A stretch of 64,000 nt of DNA from Candidatus Kerfeldbacteria bacterium (GTDB lineage Bacteria > Patescibacteriota > Patescibacteriia > UBA9570 > XYC2-FULL-38-9), in the NCBI GenBank assembly GCA_016182555.1, contig JACPGJ010000007.1, positions 64,053 through 128,052 on the forward strand, given 5' to 3'. The notes below the pieces were generated by a model that worked only from the letters and a program-made list of their open reading frames with translations, made no database searches and was not told the DNA's origin. Below, in pieces: positions 1 through 9,958 of the stretch; position 1 is the first letter of the stretch, and every line of letters starts with the position of its first letter. Made by a program: the position numbers and the translations under genes.

Positions 1-345
1 GAAGAAGAACGTGTCATTGTTGGCAAAGGCACAGAAGCGCCTGGCACCGGCGAATACGATAATTTTTTTGTGGAGGGTACGTATATTTGCCGAAGATGTG
101 ATGCACCGCTGTATACCTCTGATGCGAAATTTCATTCTGGTTGCGGTTGGCCCAGTTTTGACCAAGAAATTCCCGGTGCGGTGAAACGCACCGTGGATGC
201 CGATGGTTCGCGTACAGAAATTACCTGCGCGAATTGCGGTGGTCATTTGGGCCATCTGTTTGAAGGCGAACAATTCACCAAAAAAAATACGCGCCACTGC
301 GTAAATTCGCTTTCCATGCGCTTTATCGCGGCTGATAAAAAATGA
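1..345 (+). CDS. msrB: peptide-methionine (R)-S-oxide reductase MsrB, 5' partial (frame open to window edge)
   Basis: Translation GTERPFTGEY...[24 protein letters not shown]...[14 protein letters not shown] shows the two CxxC pairs and the catalytic region of the SelR/MsrB family; the frame is open from base 1. Confidence 0.85.
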   Translation, partial: EEERVIVGKGTEAPGTGEYDNFFVEGTYICRRCDAPLYTSDAKFHSGCGWPSFDQEIPGAVKRTVDADGSRTEITCANCGGHLGHLFEGEQFTKKNTRHCVNSLSMRFIAADKK

Positions 346-405
346 GCACCAAAAAATAGAACGATGTTCACGCTATACTATCTATACGCTTACCGAATTT
401 TCCGC

Positions 406-1143
406 CTATTGGGAAGTCGGAAGAGTAGGTAATAACGCAGGGGCATCAGGAGTTTTGATTAACTGAAAAGATAATCGATCATCCGCTATTCGACAATGCA
501 CTGTTTCCATTAGCGTGTTAAACCAAGGGGCTAACAGATCTTGCCGCGTTCGCCCATTTCGATGTATATACAGCGGTGCTTGAGAAAGAATCATGCCATT
601 TTCTGGTGAAAGCATATTCCACATCTGTTGAACAAGATAATAATATAAATCCATATCATCTTTGGGTAATGTATATATCCCACCTATCGGTCGACAGAAA
701 ATAAAATCTAATCCTCGTTTTTTTGTTGATCTTGCTACCCACCCTTCTATCTGACGCCAGGTACTTTTATACACCACATTATCCGTAATCATATCAATAT
801 CTTTCTCCATATCAATCTGTTTTTTCTCACTAGATCGACGGTCAACTAATGTCACCGCTAAACCTGCATCAATATCTACTTCACGTAATACTTGCCCCTC
901 TCCCATAAGATCAAGCGCCACCACGGTATCTGTTTTTTCTCTTTTCTCACGAATAAGATCATCGAGTGATCTTCCATCTAATAATTTCTCAAATGTTTGA
1001 GTATACGAAAATTTCCCTTCACCATAAATCCCCCATTTCCCTTTCTCAGATTTTTCTGCCGTGATAACAGCACGAATATCACGTCGATGTTGAAGTAATT
1101 TACGAAACAACTGATTGTCTCTTTTATTCATAAATATGATCAA
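406..1143 (-). CDS. hypothetical protein
   Basis: 245-aa uninterrupted ORF with coding-like composition; no motif I can assign. Confidence 0.4.
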   Translation of the reverse strand: MIIFMNKRDNQLFRKLLQHRRDIRAVITAEKSEKGKWGIYGEGKFSYTQTFEKLLDGRSLDDLIREKREKTDTVVALDLMGEGQVLREVDIDAGLAVTLVDRRSSEKKQIDMEKDIDMITDNVVYKSTWRQIEGWVARSTKKRGLDFIFCRPIGGIYTLPKDDMDLYYYLVQQMWNMLSPENGMILSQAPLYIHRNGRTRQDLLAPWFNTLMETVHCRIADDRLSFQLIKTPDAPALLPTLPTSQ

Positions 1144-1228
1144 AACAAAGATAATCTATTGTTAGTATATACTATTCTCAAACAAATGCATCTTTGACAA
1201 CGATGAGCTTTAAATTTATACTGCACGC

Positions 1229-1702
1229 ATGAGCCCAATTTCACACCCCGAAAATCAACGCTTACAAGAAGATATTTCACCAAATGTCTACAAACAGGTG
1301 CGGCGCGTTATTCAAGCTACCGACATTATTATTTCATTCAGTATTTTTTTCACAATCCTTGCGTTAATTATTTTAATCGTCAGCGTTCTATTCAAAATTG
1401 TTCGCGAGTTGCCGCATGCCGACACGATTACGGTGATGCATGATGTCGCGCTGATTATTGTGTTAGTAAAAGCGTACCGTGTATTGCTCTTTTATTTTGA
1501 AAAACATCATATCAGCATTAAATACATCATCGAAATTTCAATTATCGCACCAGCGATTGAATTGATTTTTGCAATGAATACACACACCATTACGTATACG
1601 ATTGTTTTGGGTCTGTTCAGTTTAGGTAATTTGATTCTCTATCTGTTCTTCTACGAAAAATTATCTTCCATGGACACAAAGGAAGTATTGCGGGGAGAAT
1701 AA
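1229..1702 (+). CDS. small integral membrane protein, PsiE-like
   Basis: 157 aa with 4 predicted TM helices, very hydrophobic; the ...YFEKHHISIKYIIEISIIAPA segment resembles the PsiE family. Confidence 0.4.
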   Translation: MSPISHPENQRLQEDISPNVYKQVRRVIQATDIIISFSIFFTILALIILIVSVLFKIVRELPHADTITVMHDVALIIVLVKAYRVLLFYFEKHHISIKYIIEISIIAPAIELIFAMNTHTITYTIVLGLFSLGNLILYLFFYEKLSSMDTKEVLRGE

Positions 1703-1733
1703 ACAAACATGGCATGGGGATAAAAAATATCCC

Positions 1734-2627
1734 TTAAAAACTAACGACGGAAAAATTATTTTGTGAAATATATTCTGGTGTACAATCATATAGCACCGGC
1801 GCAAAGTTCTGGGTAATTTTTTCTGTACAAATGGTGCGACCTTCAATATTCATATCACGCCAAATTTCATTGTATCGGAAATAATTCTCTTGACGTTGAA
1901 TAAAATAATGATTTCGTTCATACAAATGAAATTTTTCAAGGATATGCACGGGCGATCGTAATTGGCCTTTCAAATGATTATCTGTCAGCCAAATTTTGAG
2001 CTGCAATGGATACGGCGATGTATTCTGAATGCGTAAATCTACAAAGTTATAGAGAATGGTTGCGCCACTGCCAAACGGTAATACTCGACCGGAATCAGGA
2101 AAAACATCCATGGAATGATGATACCGTTCCAGAACCGTAACCGGTGCATGCAAAAACAACCAATACAGTAAATTCGACAATTGGCATAATCCGCCACCCA
2201 TTCCTTCAATGACCCGTCCATTGGCAAGCAACATGCCATTCACAAAACCGCGTTTTTGCGAAGGCGCACCAATGGTGTTCCACAGTGAAAATATTTCTTG
2301 CGGTTGAATGACTAATCCATTCAACTGCGCAACGGCAACCTGCAGGTTCGTAATTTTTTGTTCTTGGAGACGACTATCGCTATTCCCCAATATTCTTCGT
2401 AATATGGATTGATGACGTGCGTACACATAGGCAAAATCGTCTACCTGTTTCGTGCGTGCAATTTTTTTATTCAATACATATTCAAGACGACGAATCGTTT
2501 GCCGTGTTTTGACAATGGGTAATTTGAGTACAGGAAAACGAGAAGACCAAGCTCGACGCAATGGTTGGTCGTATATATTCAGGTGTTGGGTAATTATTTG
2601 TTGTAAGTCAGAAGAAAGAGAATGCAT
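1734..2627 (-). CDS. VanW-family protein
   Basis: The GMGGGLCQLSNLLYW motif matches the conserved GGG[VI]CQ[VL]S core of the VanW domain. Confidence 0.55.
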   Translation of the reverse strand: MHSLSSDLQQIITQHLNIYDQPLRRAWSSRFPVLKLPIVKTRQTIRRLEYVLNKKIARTKQVDDFAYVYARHQSILRRILGNSDSRLQEQKITNLQVAVAQLNGLVIQPQEIFSLWNTIGAPSQKRGFVNGMLLANGRVIEGMGGGLCQLSNLLYWLFLHAPVTVLERYHHSMDVFPDSGRVLPFGSGATILYNFVDLRIQNTSPYPLQLKIWLTDNHLKGQLRSPVHILEKFHLYERNHYFIQRQENYFRYNEIWRDMNIEGRTICTEKITQNFAPVLYDCTPEYISQNNFSVVSF

Positions 2628-2841
2628 ATATTAAAAAATGATAGTGCAGCTATACACCAGATAATGCCCTTTTCAAGAAAATGTTACAAGAAATAGCTTT
2701 TCTCTACTGCAGCCTGAACAATGCATTACACTTGTCGTAATTTGAAAGTATTTTCATTTTGTGAGCGCTACGCTTTTTGGTAACACGCAGAAAACGACGA
2801 ACGACGAAAGTATCACCTCCTTTTACTGTTCGTCGCTCTTT

Positions 2842-3726
2842 TTAGGCCGCGTTGGCCTGTTCGGTTTCGGCAATGATTTTCCTAATTTGTCGCGCGGTGA
2901 AGCGCAGCACGGAGATCAACCGAAGCGAACAATGCCCGCACGACCCGGGAATAAGGGCTACCTCTTCATCCGGCGGAGCTGCCTGATGCTTCATCACCAA
3001 GCTGTCCCGCCAGAAGTAGAAGAACTTTATTTGCACTCCCTGCTTGCGCAGGAAACGAATGGCGGCCTGAGTGCGCCGCACTCCCCGGCTATAGGGCACC
3101 ATCTCCCACGCTGCCCGGAAAGCGCGGAAGTACGGCAGCCAGCCCAGTAGAGGAAACAGCGGTAACATGCTCAAAAACTGAACGAACCCGAGGTACGATC
3201 CTCGAATCGGGCTCGCCAGTGTGATGACGATAATGCGATCGGCCGGGTATCCGGCTTTCACGAGTTTCCTCGCGAGTGCGATGGCATTGAGCCCACCCCG
3301 GCTGTAACCCAAAAGGATGAGCGTGTACCCATCCTTCAAGAGCTGCTCAGCACGGGGCCAGTTCAGCGTAGTGGCCAAGCCGATGCGGGCGATGTTCCCG
3401 CAACCGGTCGGAGTCTCGAAGTGATAGAATGCGGCTTTCACCAGCCGCGCGAGGATGAGCGCCATCCGCTCAAAATCCTTGGCGCACTGGTTCCAACCGA
3501 TGCAGAAAAAAATGCCGAACTTACGCCCGGCCTTCTTCTGCTCATGGGGTTCCGGAAGCGCCGCTTTGTGCGTACGGCGATCCAAAACGTTTCCCAATTT
3601 TGCAGGCAAGTCATACTGAAGGGTCACCGGCAGGCAATAGGCCTGCCAGCCAATCACCCAAAACGGCCACAAAATCCACAGCAGCATTGCCCACATGGGG
3701 CACCTCCGCGGTTCGGGTTTATGCAA
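2842..3726 (-). CDS. alpha/beta-fold hydrolase (esterase/lipase-like)
   Basis: Nucleophile-elbow motif GYSRGG (GxSxG); N-terminal TM/signal segment; local GC is higher than the flanks. Confidence 0.5.
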   Translation of the reverse strand: MHKPEPRRCPMWAMLLWILWPFWVIGWQAYCLPVTLQYDLPAKLGNVLDRRTHKAALPEPHEQKKAGRKFGIFFCIGWNQCAKDFERMALILARLVKAAFYHFETPTGCGNIARIGLATTLNWPRAEQLLKDGYTLILLGYSRGGLNAIALARKLVKAGYPADRIIVITLASPIRGSYLGFVQFLSMLPLFPLLGWLPYFRAFRAAWEMVPYSRGVRRTQAAIRFLRKQGVQIKFFYFWRDSLVMKHQAAPPDEEVALIPGSCGHCSLRLISVLRFTARQIRKIIAETEQANAA

Positions 3727-3830
3727 AACAGCTTATATTTTCAATTTACGTGGCCACAACATACGCCCGAGCAACTTTTCTGTCAACTCGGCTTGTCAAT
3801 AAAACCAAATTTGTTTAGTATGAACGCACG

Positions 3831-4484
3831 ATGTTTACAGGAATTATTCAAGCCTGCGTGCCAGTGGTGGAAGCCACAACACAACCGGGTTTAACCACCT
3901 TTGTATTGGAATTTCCCGAAAAACTTATCCAAAATCTTCACATTGGTGCGAGTATTGCCGTGGATGGTGTCTGTCTAACGGTCGTAAAAATCACCAACAA
4001 CCGTGTGTGGTTTGATGCCATGGATGAAACACGACAAAAAACAACCCTTGGCGAAATCACGCAAAACCGACGAGTGAATATTGAACGCTCGGCAACCATG
4101 GGCACAGAAATTGGCGGACATATTGTTTCTGGTCATGTCGCCGGAATTGCAGAAATTGTCCACGTGGATACACCGGAAAATAACCATATCGTCACCTTCC
4201 GCGTTCCACCAGCCTTCATGCCATATATTTTCCACAAAGGATTTATCGCCCTCGATGGCGCGAGCCTCACGATTGTAGATGTTGATAAAACCGCCGCTAC
4301 ATTTAGCGTATGGCTCATTCCAGAAACACTGCGTATGACGACTTTCGGTTTCAAACAGGCGAGCGACAAAGTCAATATCGAAATTGATTCACGCACACAA
4401 ATGATTGTCGATACCATTGAACGCGTTTTACAAGAACAACAACACAACCACTTATGCCAACCACAAAACGCATTGCCCTCGTGA
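3831..4484 (+). CDS. ribE: riboflavin synthase alpha subunit
   Basis: MFTGIIQ... N-terminus and the duplicated lumazine-binding repeat (GASIAVDGVCLTV / GFIALDGASLTIV). Confidence 0.85.
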   Translation: MFTGIIQACVPVVEATTQPGLTTFVLEFPEKLIQNLHIGASIAVDGVCLTVVKITNNRVWFDAMDETRQKTTLGEITQNRRVNIERSATMGTEIGGHIVSGHVAGIAEIVHVDTPENNHIVTFRVPPAFMPYIFHKGFIALDGASLTIVDVDKTAATFSVWLIPETLRMTTFGFKQASDKVNIEIDSRTQMIVDTIERVLQEQQHNHLCQPQNALPS

Positions 4485-4864
4485 TGGGCAGTTTTCACAA
4501 ACCGCAAATAGAGGAAATGCTCGCAGAAGCACGCAATGCCGCAAGCGAGGTCGAAATGACTATTATAGAAGAAGTGTGGGTGCCTGGATCACTCGAAAAA
4601 CCCCTGGCCGTGAAACGTTTACTTCAACGTGACGACATTGATGGTGTTGCAGTGCTTGGTATTATTGAACGTGGAGAAACAAAACATGGCCTGGTCATGG
4701 GTCAAGCCGTAACACAAGCGCTGATTCAACTCCAATTAGAAAAAATGAAACCGATCGGTTGCGGAATACTGGGACCTGAAATTCTACCAGAACAAATTGC
4801 CATACGACTAAAACCGTATGCCAGAGCTGCAGTGTTTGCTGTGCAAGCAATGTTAAAACAGTAA
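4454..4864 (+). CDS. ribH: 6,7-dimethyl-8-ribityllumazine synthase-like
   Basis: KRIALVMGSFH...VWVPGSLEKP resembles the RibH core (V-P-G-A-F-E-hP); overlaps the ribE end in the usual rib operon order. Confidence 0.55.
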   Translation: MPTTKRIALVMGSFHKPQIEEMLAEARNAASEVEMTIIEEVWVPGSLEKPLAVKRLLQRDDIDGVAVLGIIERGETKHGLVMGQAVTQALIQLQLEKMKPIGCGILGPEILPEQIAIRLKPYARAAVFAVQAMLKQ

Positions 4865-4868
4865 TTGT

Positions 4869-5537
4869 ATGAATAACACAACATTCGCCGGAAATAAAAA
4901 AGTAGGAAAAAATATTTTAACGCACTTGGACAAATATCTCGTTCAACACTTCACACACCGAATTCCTTCCTATATTGAAACATATCACCTCACCATGCTC
5001 ACCCTGGTGTGGAGTGGCCTCATTATTATTTTTAGCTACTACGCACAATACAATATCCATTGGCTTTGGATCTGTTCTATGATGATTCTGTTACAATATC
5101 TAACTGATCTTTTTGATGGTGCGGTCGGCCGACAACGCAACACGGGTTTAATAAAATGGGGATATTACATGGATCATTATCTTGACTATGTCTTTCTCTG
5201 TTCTTTACTTATTGGATATGGGTTTATTGTTCCAGAAAATTTTTCATACATGTTCTTTTTTATTCTGGCGGTTTTTGGAGCATTTATGGTGAATTCCTAT
5301 CTCAGCTTTGCTGCGACCAATCAATTTCGTATCAGTTACTTTGGTATTGGACCAACGGAAATTCGTTTTGTGTTCATTATCATCAATACGCTAATCATTG
5401 TTTTTGGAAAAACGTATCTGGCTCAGGCATTGCCTTTCGCATTAACCATTGCTTGGGTGGGATTAAATATTGTGGTGTTCAAAACACAGAAAGAATTATG
5501 GATAATGGATATGAAACACAAAGAAAAACAAAACTAA
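4869..5537 (+). CDS. CDP-alcohol phosphatidyltransferase family membrane protein
   Basis: D-x2-D-G-x2-A-R-x8-G-x3-D-x3-D signature (DLFDGAVGRQRNTGLIKWGYYMDHYLD); multiple TM helices. Confidence 0.5.
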   Translation: MNNTTFAGNKKVGKNILTHLDKYLVQHFTHRIPSYIETYHLTMLTLVWSGLIIIFSYYAQYNIHWLWICSMMILLQYLTDLFDGAVGRQRNTGLIKWGYYMDHYLDYVFLCSLLIGYGFIVPENFSYMFFFILAVFGAFMVNSYLSFAATNQFRISYFGIGPTEIRFVFIIINTLIIVFGKTYLAQALPFALTIAWVGLNIVVFKTQKELWIMDMKHKEKQN

Positions 5538-6679
5538 TTTGCACACTGCCGTACTGCGTCGGCAACAACAAGAGCAACGTGTTTATCTAAGGCATCGGGA
5601 ATAATATGTTCGGCGCTTGGTGATTTCACGTATGCAGCCAAGGCGTATGCAGCAGCGAGCTTCATCTCTTCGGTAATCGAACGCGCGGCAATATCCAACG
5701 CTCCACGAAAAATGCCTGGAAAAGCTAACACATTATTTATTTGATTCGGAAAATCACTGCGACCAGTGGCGATAACCGCGGCACCACCGCGCTTTGCCAA
5801 ATCAGGCATAATTTCTGGTGTGGGGTTAGCCATAGCGAAAATAATGGGATCAGGGTGCATGGAACGAACCATCTCTTCTGTCACTACGTTTGGAGCGCTC
5901 ACACCAATAAAAACATCCGCACCGCGCAATGCATCGGGAAGCCCACCGTTGATATTTTCCGAATTTGTTTCTGAGGCCAATACCTGTTTTGCTGCATTCA
6001 AATCGCTGCGATCACGCGAAATAATTCCGCGACTATCTACCGCCACAATATGCTTGGCTCCACTCGCCTGCAACATGTGAATAATGGCGGTTCCAGCAGC
6101 ACCTGCGCCACTCAACACTATACGCACTTCCGCCATTGACTTCCCCGTCACTTTCAACGCATTCAATAAACCGGCAAGCACCACAATCGCGGTACCATGT
6201 TGGTCATCATGAAAGACCGGAATATCTAATTCGGTTTTTAACCGTTCCTCTATTTCAAAACACCGTGGCGCCGCTATATCTTCTAAGTTTATTCCTCCAA
6301 ATGACGGCGCAATGGTTTTTACCACACGAATAATTTCTTCCGTATCTTGTGTATTTAAACAGATTGGAAATGCATCTACATCGGCAAACACTTTAAACAA
6401 TACCGCCTTGCCTTCCATGACAGGCAACCCAGCGCTCGCACCAATATTCCCCAAACCCAATACCGCGGAACCATCCGTCACCACCGCTACCCAATTCCGC
6501 CGATTCGTGTAGGTCCAAACGGCTTCGGGGTTCGCGGCAATTTCGCGACACGGTTGCGCAACACCCGGAGTATATGCCAAAGACAAATCTTTACGGGTTT
6601 CCACCGGCGCTTTCACTTGCAGTGCGATTTTTCCACGCAATTTTTTATGATATTCCAGTGATTCTTGATAAATATCCAT
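5534..6679 (-). CDS. NAD(P)-dependent malic enzyme (short MaeB-type)
   Basis: DLSLAYTPGVA, VVTDGSAVLGLGNIG and GAGAAG Rossmann motifs; start set at the internal ATG MDIYQESLEYHKK (the track ORF starts at an upstream TTG). Confidence 0.85.
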   Translation of the reverse strand: MDIYQESLEYHKKLRGKIALQVKAPVETRKDLSLAYTPGVAQPCREIAANPEAVWTYTNRRNWVAVVTDGSAVLGLGNIGASAGLPVMEGKAVLFKVFADVDAFPICLNTQDTEEIIRVVKTIAPSFGGINLEDIAAPRCFEIEERLKTELDIPVFHDDQHGTAIVVLAGLLNALKVTGKSMAEVRIVLSGAGAAGTAIIHMLQASGAKHIVAVDSRGIISRDRSDLNAAKQVLASETNSENINGGLPDALRGADVFIGVSAPNVVTEEMVRSMHPDPIIFAMANPTPEIMPDLAKRGGAAVIATGRSDFPNQINNVLAFPGIFRGALDIAARSITEEMKLAAAYALAAYVKSPSAEHIIPDALDKHVALVVADAVRQCAN

Positions 6680-6785
6680 GCTACACATCATACGCGCATT
6701 CTTGAACTTGCGCAACTCCGACGAAAAATAAAAAAGCGGACGACACAGAAAGGTACGTCCGCTTTCTCTTTGTATAATGGAATAA

Positions 6786-8489
6786 TTATTCTTCGCTACG
6801 AACCGTTACTTTCATTTTTTCACCAAGGATAATATTTTCAGACAATAACTGATCTGCTCCCTTACCATACGCTACACGACGACCAACTTGCACATTAAAT
6901 GATTTACCCGCTTTCAAACGACGGGCTTTTTTATATTTCAACACAACATTTTTACCTTTCCTGGCTTTCACCCGGTCAACCACTTTTCCATTAATGCGCA
7001 ATGTGAATACATCACCCACTTGTACTTGATCTTTTGGTACTTGTAATCGGAAAGTGCCACCTTGTGTGGTGTTTCCTTTCGCTACTCCTTGAGCATTTCG
7101 AATTGAACCAATGACACGATTTGTTGCAGAAACCACTGCACCAGCATCAGGGTCTATTGCTAAATCCGTTGCCGGATTGAGTAAAAATATTTCTGTCTGT
7201 TCAACTCCATTCTGCGTACCAAACAGCATCACTTGTTTATCTGTGCCATTGTCATCCACCTCACGATTCACCACCGAGACCACTTCCTGATTATTCACAT
7301 ACTCTGTTGACATAGAATCCACCATGGCTCCTACATTATCGTCTCCGTCAACATAGTAAATATGAACCCCTTCTGCATTATTGGAAGTATAAAACGTGAG
7401 ATAGTTCGTATCATCAATTTCCGAAGTGAGACCCATTTTATTGATAATAAAATCATTTTCCGGCAATTCAATAACCGTTTGCAAGTTATTGGAAACGTCG
7501 CCATCATCATCTTCAACATATTTAAAGAGTGAAGCTGACCCTTCATCAATAGCTGCATTTCCCACATAAACCGTATCATTATACACCTGAATCGCTGGTA
7601 AATTTTGATCTGAAGATGCAATGGTGGTGTAGGTATCACCATCAAAACTCATGACTTCTCCGGTTGTAAAGGCTAAATAGACTACACCATCTTGTTCACT
7701 GGAAGCTTCCAAGGGAACACCATCTTCTGGTTGATTCGCTGTATCCGTCACTTGTTCACAATTTTCATCGACGTCACATACGGTATAGCCACCATTAAAA
7801 AACATGTACAATGTATCACCAATGACCGCCGCAGTTGGATAATTACCAACGGTGCTCCCGCCCTGGTCATCACCAGGAACATCTTCCCCATCAGTATCAT
7901 TGCCAATTTCATCTTCTTGGTCACTTTCAGGATCTTCCGGATCGACAACCTCTGCTTCCACATCATCTTCAGTGACATGCACATACACCAACTCCACCGA
8001 ATCTTGACCCGTTAAACGAAAAATATGTGGCGTATCGGTTTCACCATCGCCTTGGCAAGCTGCCGCAAAATATACTTCATCATTAAATGTCACGACCGAA
8101 TGCCGTCCAACTTGACCACAATAATATTCATCAAGCGGATTCGTTTCCGAACGTTCCCATTGTGTACCAAGCGCATCGTTGGATACCCACCACTCAGAAA
8201 ATGCGTCACTATCATCAATAGCCATACCCGCATTGGCTGTCGCACGCATAGGATCATTGGTAGTAATGGCAATAAATCCATCTTCACCCGGGGCATAGGT
8301 CACCACAGATTCAAAATTAAATTGATCGACATCCTCATCACCGTCGTCATCAACGGCGGGTAGAGTGTCAACATAGTACAACGCACCGTACAATGAGTCA
8401 GCGGCATGAACCGTAGTCGTAAAAAACATGAATGCAAAAAACACTGCTGCAGGCAGAGCGAGCATTCTGTAATAGAAACGTTGAGTCAT
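6786..8489 (-). CDS. secreted, highly acidic protein with C-terminal Ig-like/basic tail
   Basis: N-terminal signal peptide (MLALPAAVFFAFMFFTTTVHAAD), D/E-rich body, basic beta-rich C-terminus. Confidence 0.5.
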   Translation of the reverse strand: MTQRFYYRMLALPAAVFFAFMFFTTTVHAADSLYGALYYVDTLPAVDDDGDEDVDQFNFESVVTYAPGEDGFIAITTNDPMRATANAGMAIDDSDAFSEWWVSNDALGTQWERSETNPLDEYYCGQVGRHSVVTFNDEVYFAAACQGDGETDTPHIFRLTGQDSVELVYVHVTEDDVEAEVVDPEDPESDQEDEIGNDTDGEDVPGDDQGGSTVGNYPTAAVIGDTLYMFFNGGYTVCDVDENCEQVTDTANQPEDGVPLEASSEQDGVVYLAFTTGEVMSFDGDTYTTIASSDQNLPAIQVYNDTVYVGNAAIDEGSASLFKYVEDDDGDVSNNLQTVIELPENDFIINKMGLTSEIDDTNYLTFYTSNNAEGVHIYYVDGDDNVGAMVDSMSTEYVNNQEVVSVVNREVDDNGTDKQVMLFGTQNGVEQTEIFLLNPATDLAIDPDAGAVVSATNRVIGSIRNAQGVAKGNTTQGGTFRLQVPKDQVQVGDVFTLRINGKVVDRVKARKGKNVVLKYKKARRLKAGKSFNVQVGRRVAYGKGADQLLSENIILGEKMKVTVRSEE

Positions 8490-8593
8490 ATCCTCCTCAA
8501 TTAATAATAATTCTCTTCAATTATAAAAGATTCAAAAAATGTTGTAAAGGTGGCGGGGTTGTGGAAGTCAAGGTGAACATGCCGCCGCGTTGA

Positions 8594-9208
8594 TTATTGC
8601 CCTGGAACCACCAATATGTGCATTTCATACGGCGCCATTTCGTGCGCTGAAACGTGCCCCATCTTCATTTCAATCGGCATAATCGTGTTGTTTTCAAAAT
8701 CCACAACCGTATCCGGGGCAAGGTCAAAAAATGCGGTGAGCTGTTCAGGCTGCGACGAAGCACGAGTATCCGCATACTGCACCATACCATTTATCAAATA
8801 TGCGGTATTTTGTTCAAAATGCAAGAGAGACTCATGGTTTTGTAATACTGCTTCATCAACGAATAGGTGCGCTGCCTGATCTTCTTCAAGACGCGACGGT
8901 TGTGGTGGTATAATACGCACAATATGGACCGTGGCGAGAATTGGTTGAACAATATTTGTCTGTAAGGAATCGTTCGCATCGGCAACATGAGTAGGAAAAA
9001 TGATCCAAGCGAAAAACAACAGTGCGGTACTGGAAGCTCCAATAATAGAAAAATACTGAAATGGTTTCTTGAATACTTCAGCAATACGGCGAATGGTCAA
9101 TGGTACCGACGGAGTGGCTGCGGGGAACAACTCACGCGAGAGTTTTACTCGTAATTTTTGATTCACCACAATCTCCGCAATATCTTTTTTATAGTATGCT
9201 TTAAACAT
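8594..9208 (-). CDS. putative anti-sigma factor (single-pass membrane protein)
   Basis: Immediately downstream of the ECF sigma gene and co-oriented; central TM helix (FQYFSIIGASSTALLFFAWIIF) with cytoplasmic N-domain. Confidence 0.35.
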   Translation of the reverse strand: MFKAYYKKDIAEIVVNQKLRVKLSRELFPAATPSVPLTIRRIAEVFKKPFQYFSIIGASSTALLFFAWIIFPTHVADANDSLQTNIVQPILATVHIVRIIPPQPSRLEEDQAAHLFVDEAVLQNHESLLHFEQNTAYLINGMVQYADTRASSQPEQLTAFFDLAPDTVVDFENNTIMPIEMKMGHVSAHEMAPYEMHILVVPGQ

Positions 9209-9216
9209 ATATTTGG

Positions 9217-9744
9217 TTATCCATACTGTTCTTCCATTTCCAAACGTATATCATTGTGCATGCGTGAAAAAAATTTCCGTACGGCATCTGGCTGTTTATT
9301 CATAAGGGTCGCAATTTCTGCATACGTTAACCCATCAATATAACGCAGAGCAAACATCGCTTTCATTTCTGGAGAAAGACGCTCCATCAATTGGTCAACA
9401 AGCAACCGATTATCAATCGTTTGTTCAATATGCGCTGTATCAGCCGCATCAATCAATAACAATGCTTCATTAAGTTCAATAGTAATGCGTTGTATTCGCC
9501 AATAATCAATAATCGCATAGCGCATAATACCCGTAATCCATTGGCGCAAATTTCCTTTTTCGGGAGTATATTGATGAAGTTGTTTGTAGGCTTTGAGAAA
9601 ACCTTCAGAAACAATATCTTCTGCTTCGTTATTGTTGGGAACGCGATACGCCACATACCGATACGCATAATCAAACAACGCCGGGTATTCGGCTTCAAAA
9701 ATAGTTTGTTTTTCTTGAAGGGTCATGGAGTGAGAATACGACAA
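9217..9744 (-). CDS. RNA polymerase ECF-type sigma factor
   Basis: Sigma-70 region 2 (DIVSEGFLKAYKQLHQY) and region 4 (LTYAEIATLMNKQPDAVRKFFSR) HTH. Confidence 0.7.
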   Translation of the reverse strand: MSYSHSMTLQEKQTIFEAEYPALFDYAYRYVAYRVPNNNEAEDIVSEGFLKAYKQLHQYTPEKGNLRQWITGIMRYAIIDYWRIQRITIELNEALLLIDAADTAHIEQTIDNRLLVDQLMERLSPEMKAMFALRYIDGLTYAEIATLMNKQPDAVRKFFSRMHNDIRLEMEEQYG

Positions 9745-9958
9745 ATGGAGTATTGTTGTACAGTGGAGGCATTTCGGCCATCTATCGAGGTATTTCTGGA
9801 GGATGAAAGAAACACCTCTATACTTGGCGAAATATCCTCTGTATTAAGACTACGTTTATTATGTAGAAAATGTGACTTTTGCATAAAAAACAAGCTGCTG
9901 CAGAGACCAAGGACGGAAACCACAGCAGCCCGTATCAGCGGTGCCTCAATGCCGCTAT

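Noticed and set aside
2790-2815. GTATCACCTCCTTTTAC resembling the 16S rRNA 3' end (anti-SD)
   Set aside because: An isolated 10-mer match at the 3' end of the hydrolase gene. No flanking rRNA sequence, and no ORF that would use its complement as an RBS.
3727-3830. FMN riboswitch upstream of ribE
   Set aside because: It is only about 100 nt and lacks the conserved RFN element blocks (…GGAUGGGAGAAGGA… / …CCGACCGGCGGUA…).
7331-8363. Multiple 60-110 aa ORFs on both strands inside the 6786-8489 secreted-protein gene (also 10029-10693, 11316-11692, 12110-13286, 15619-15899, 35831-36895, 38561-38920 etc.)
   Set aside because: They are shadow or antisense ORFs nested in longer, motif-bearing genes. 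They have low-complexity translations and no start signals.
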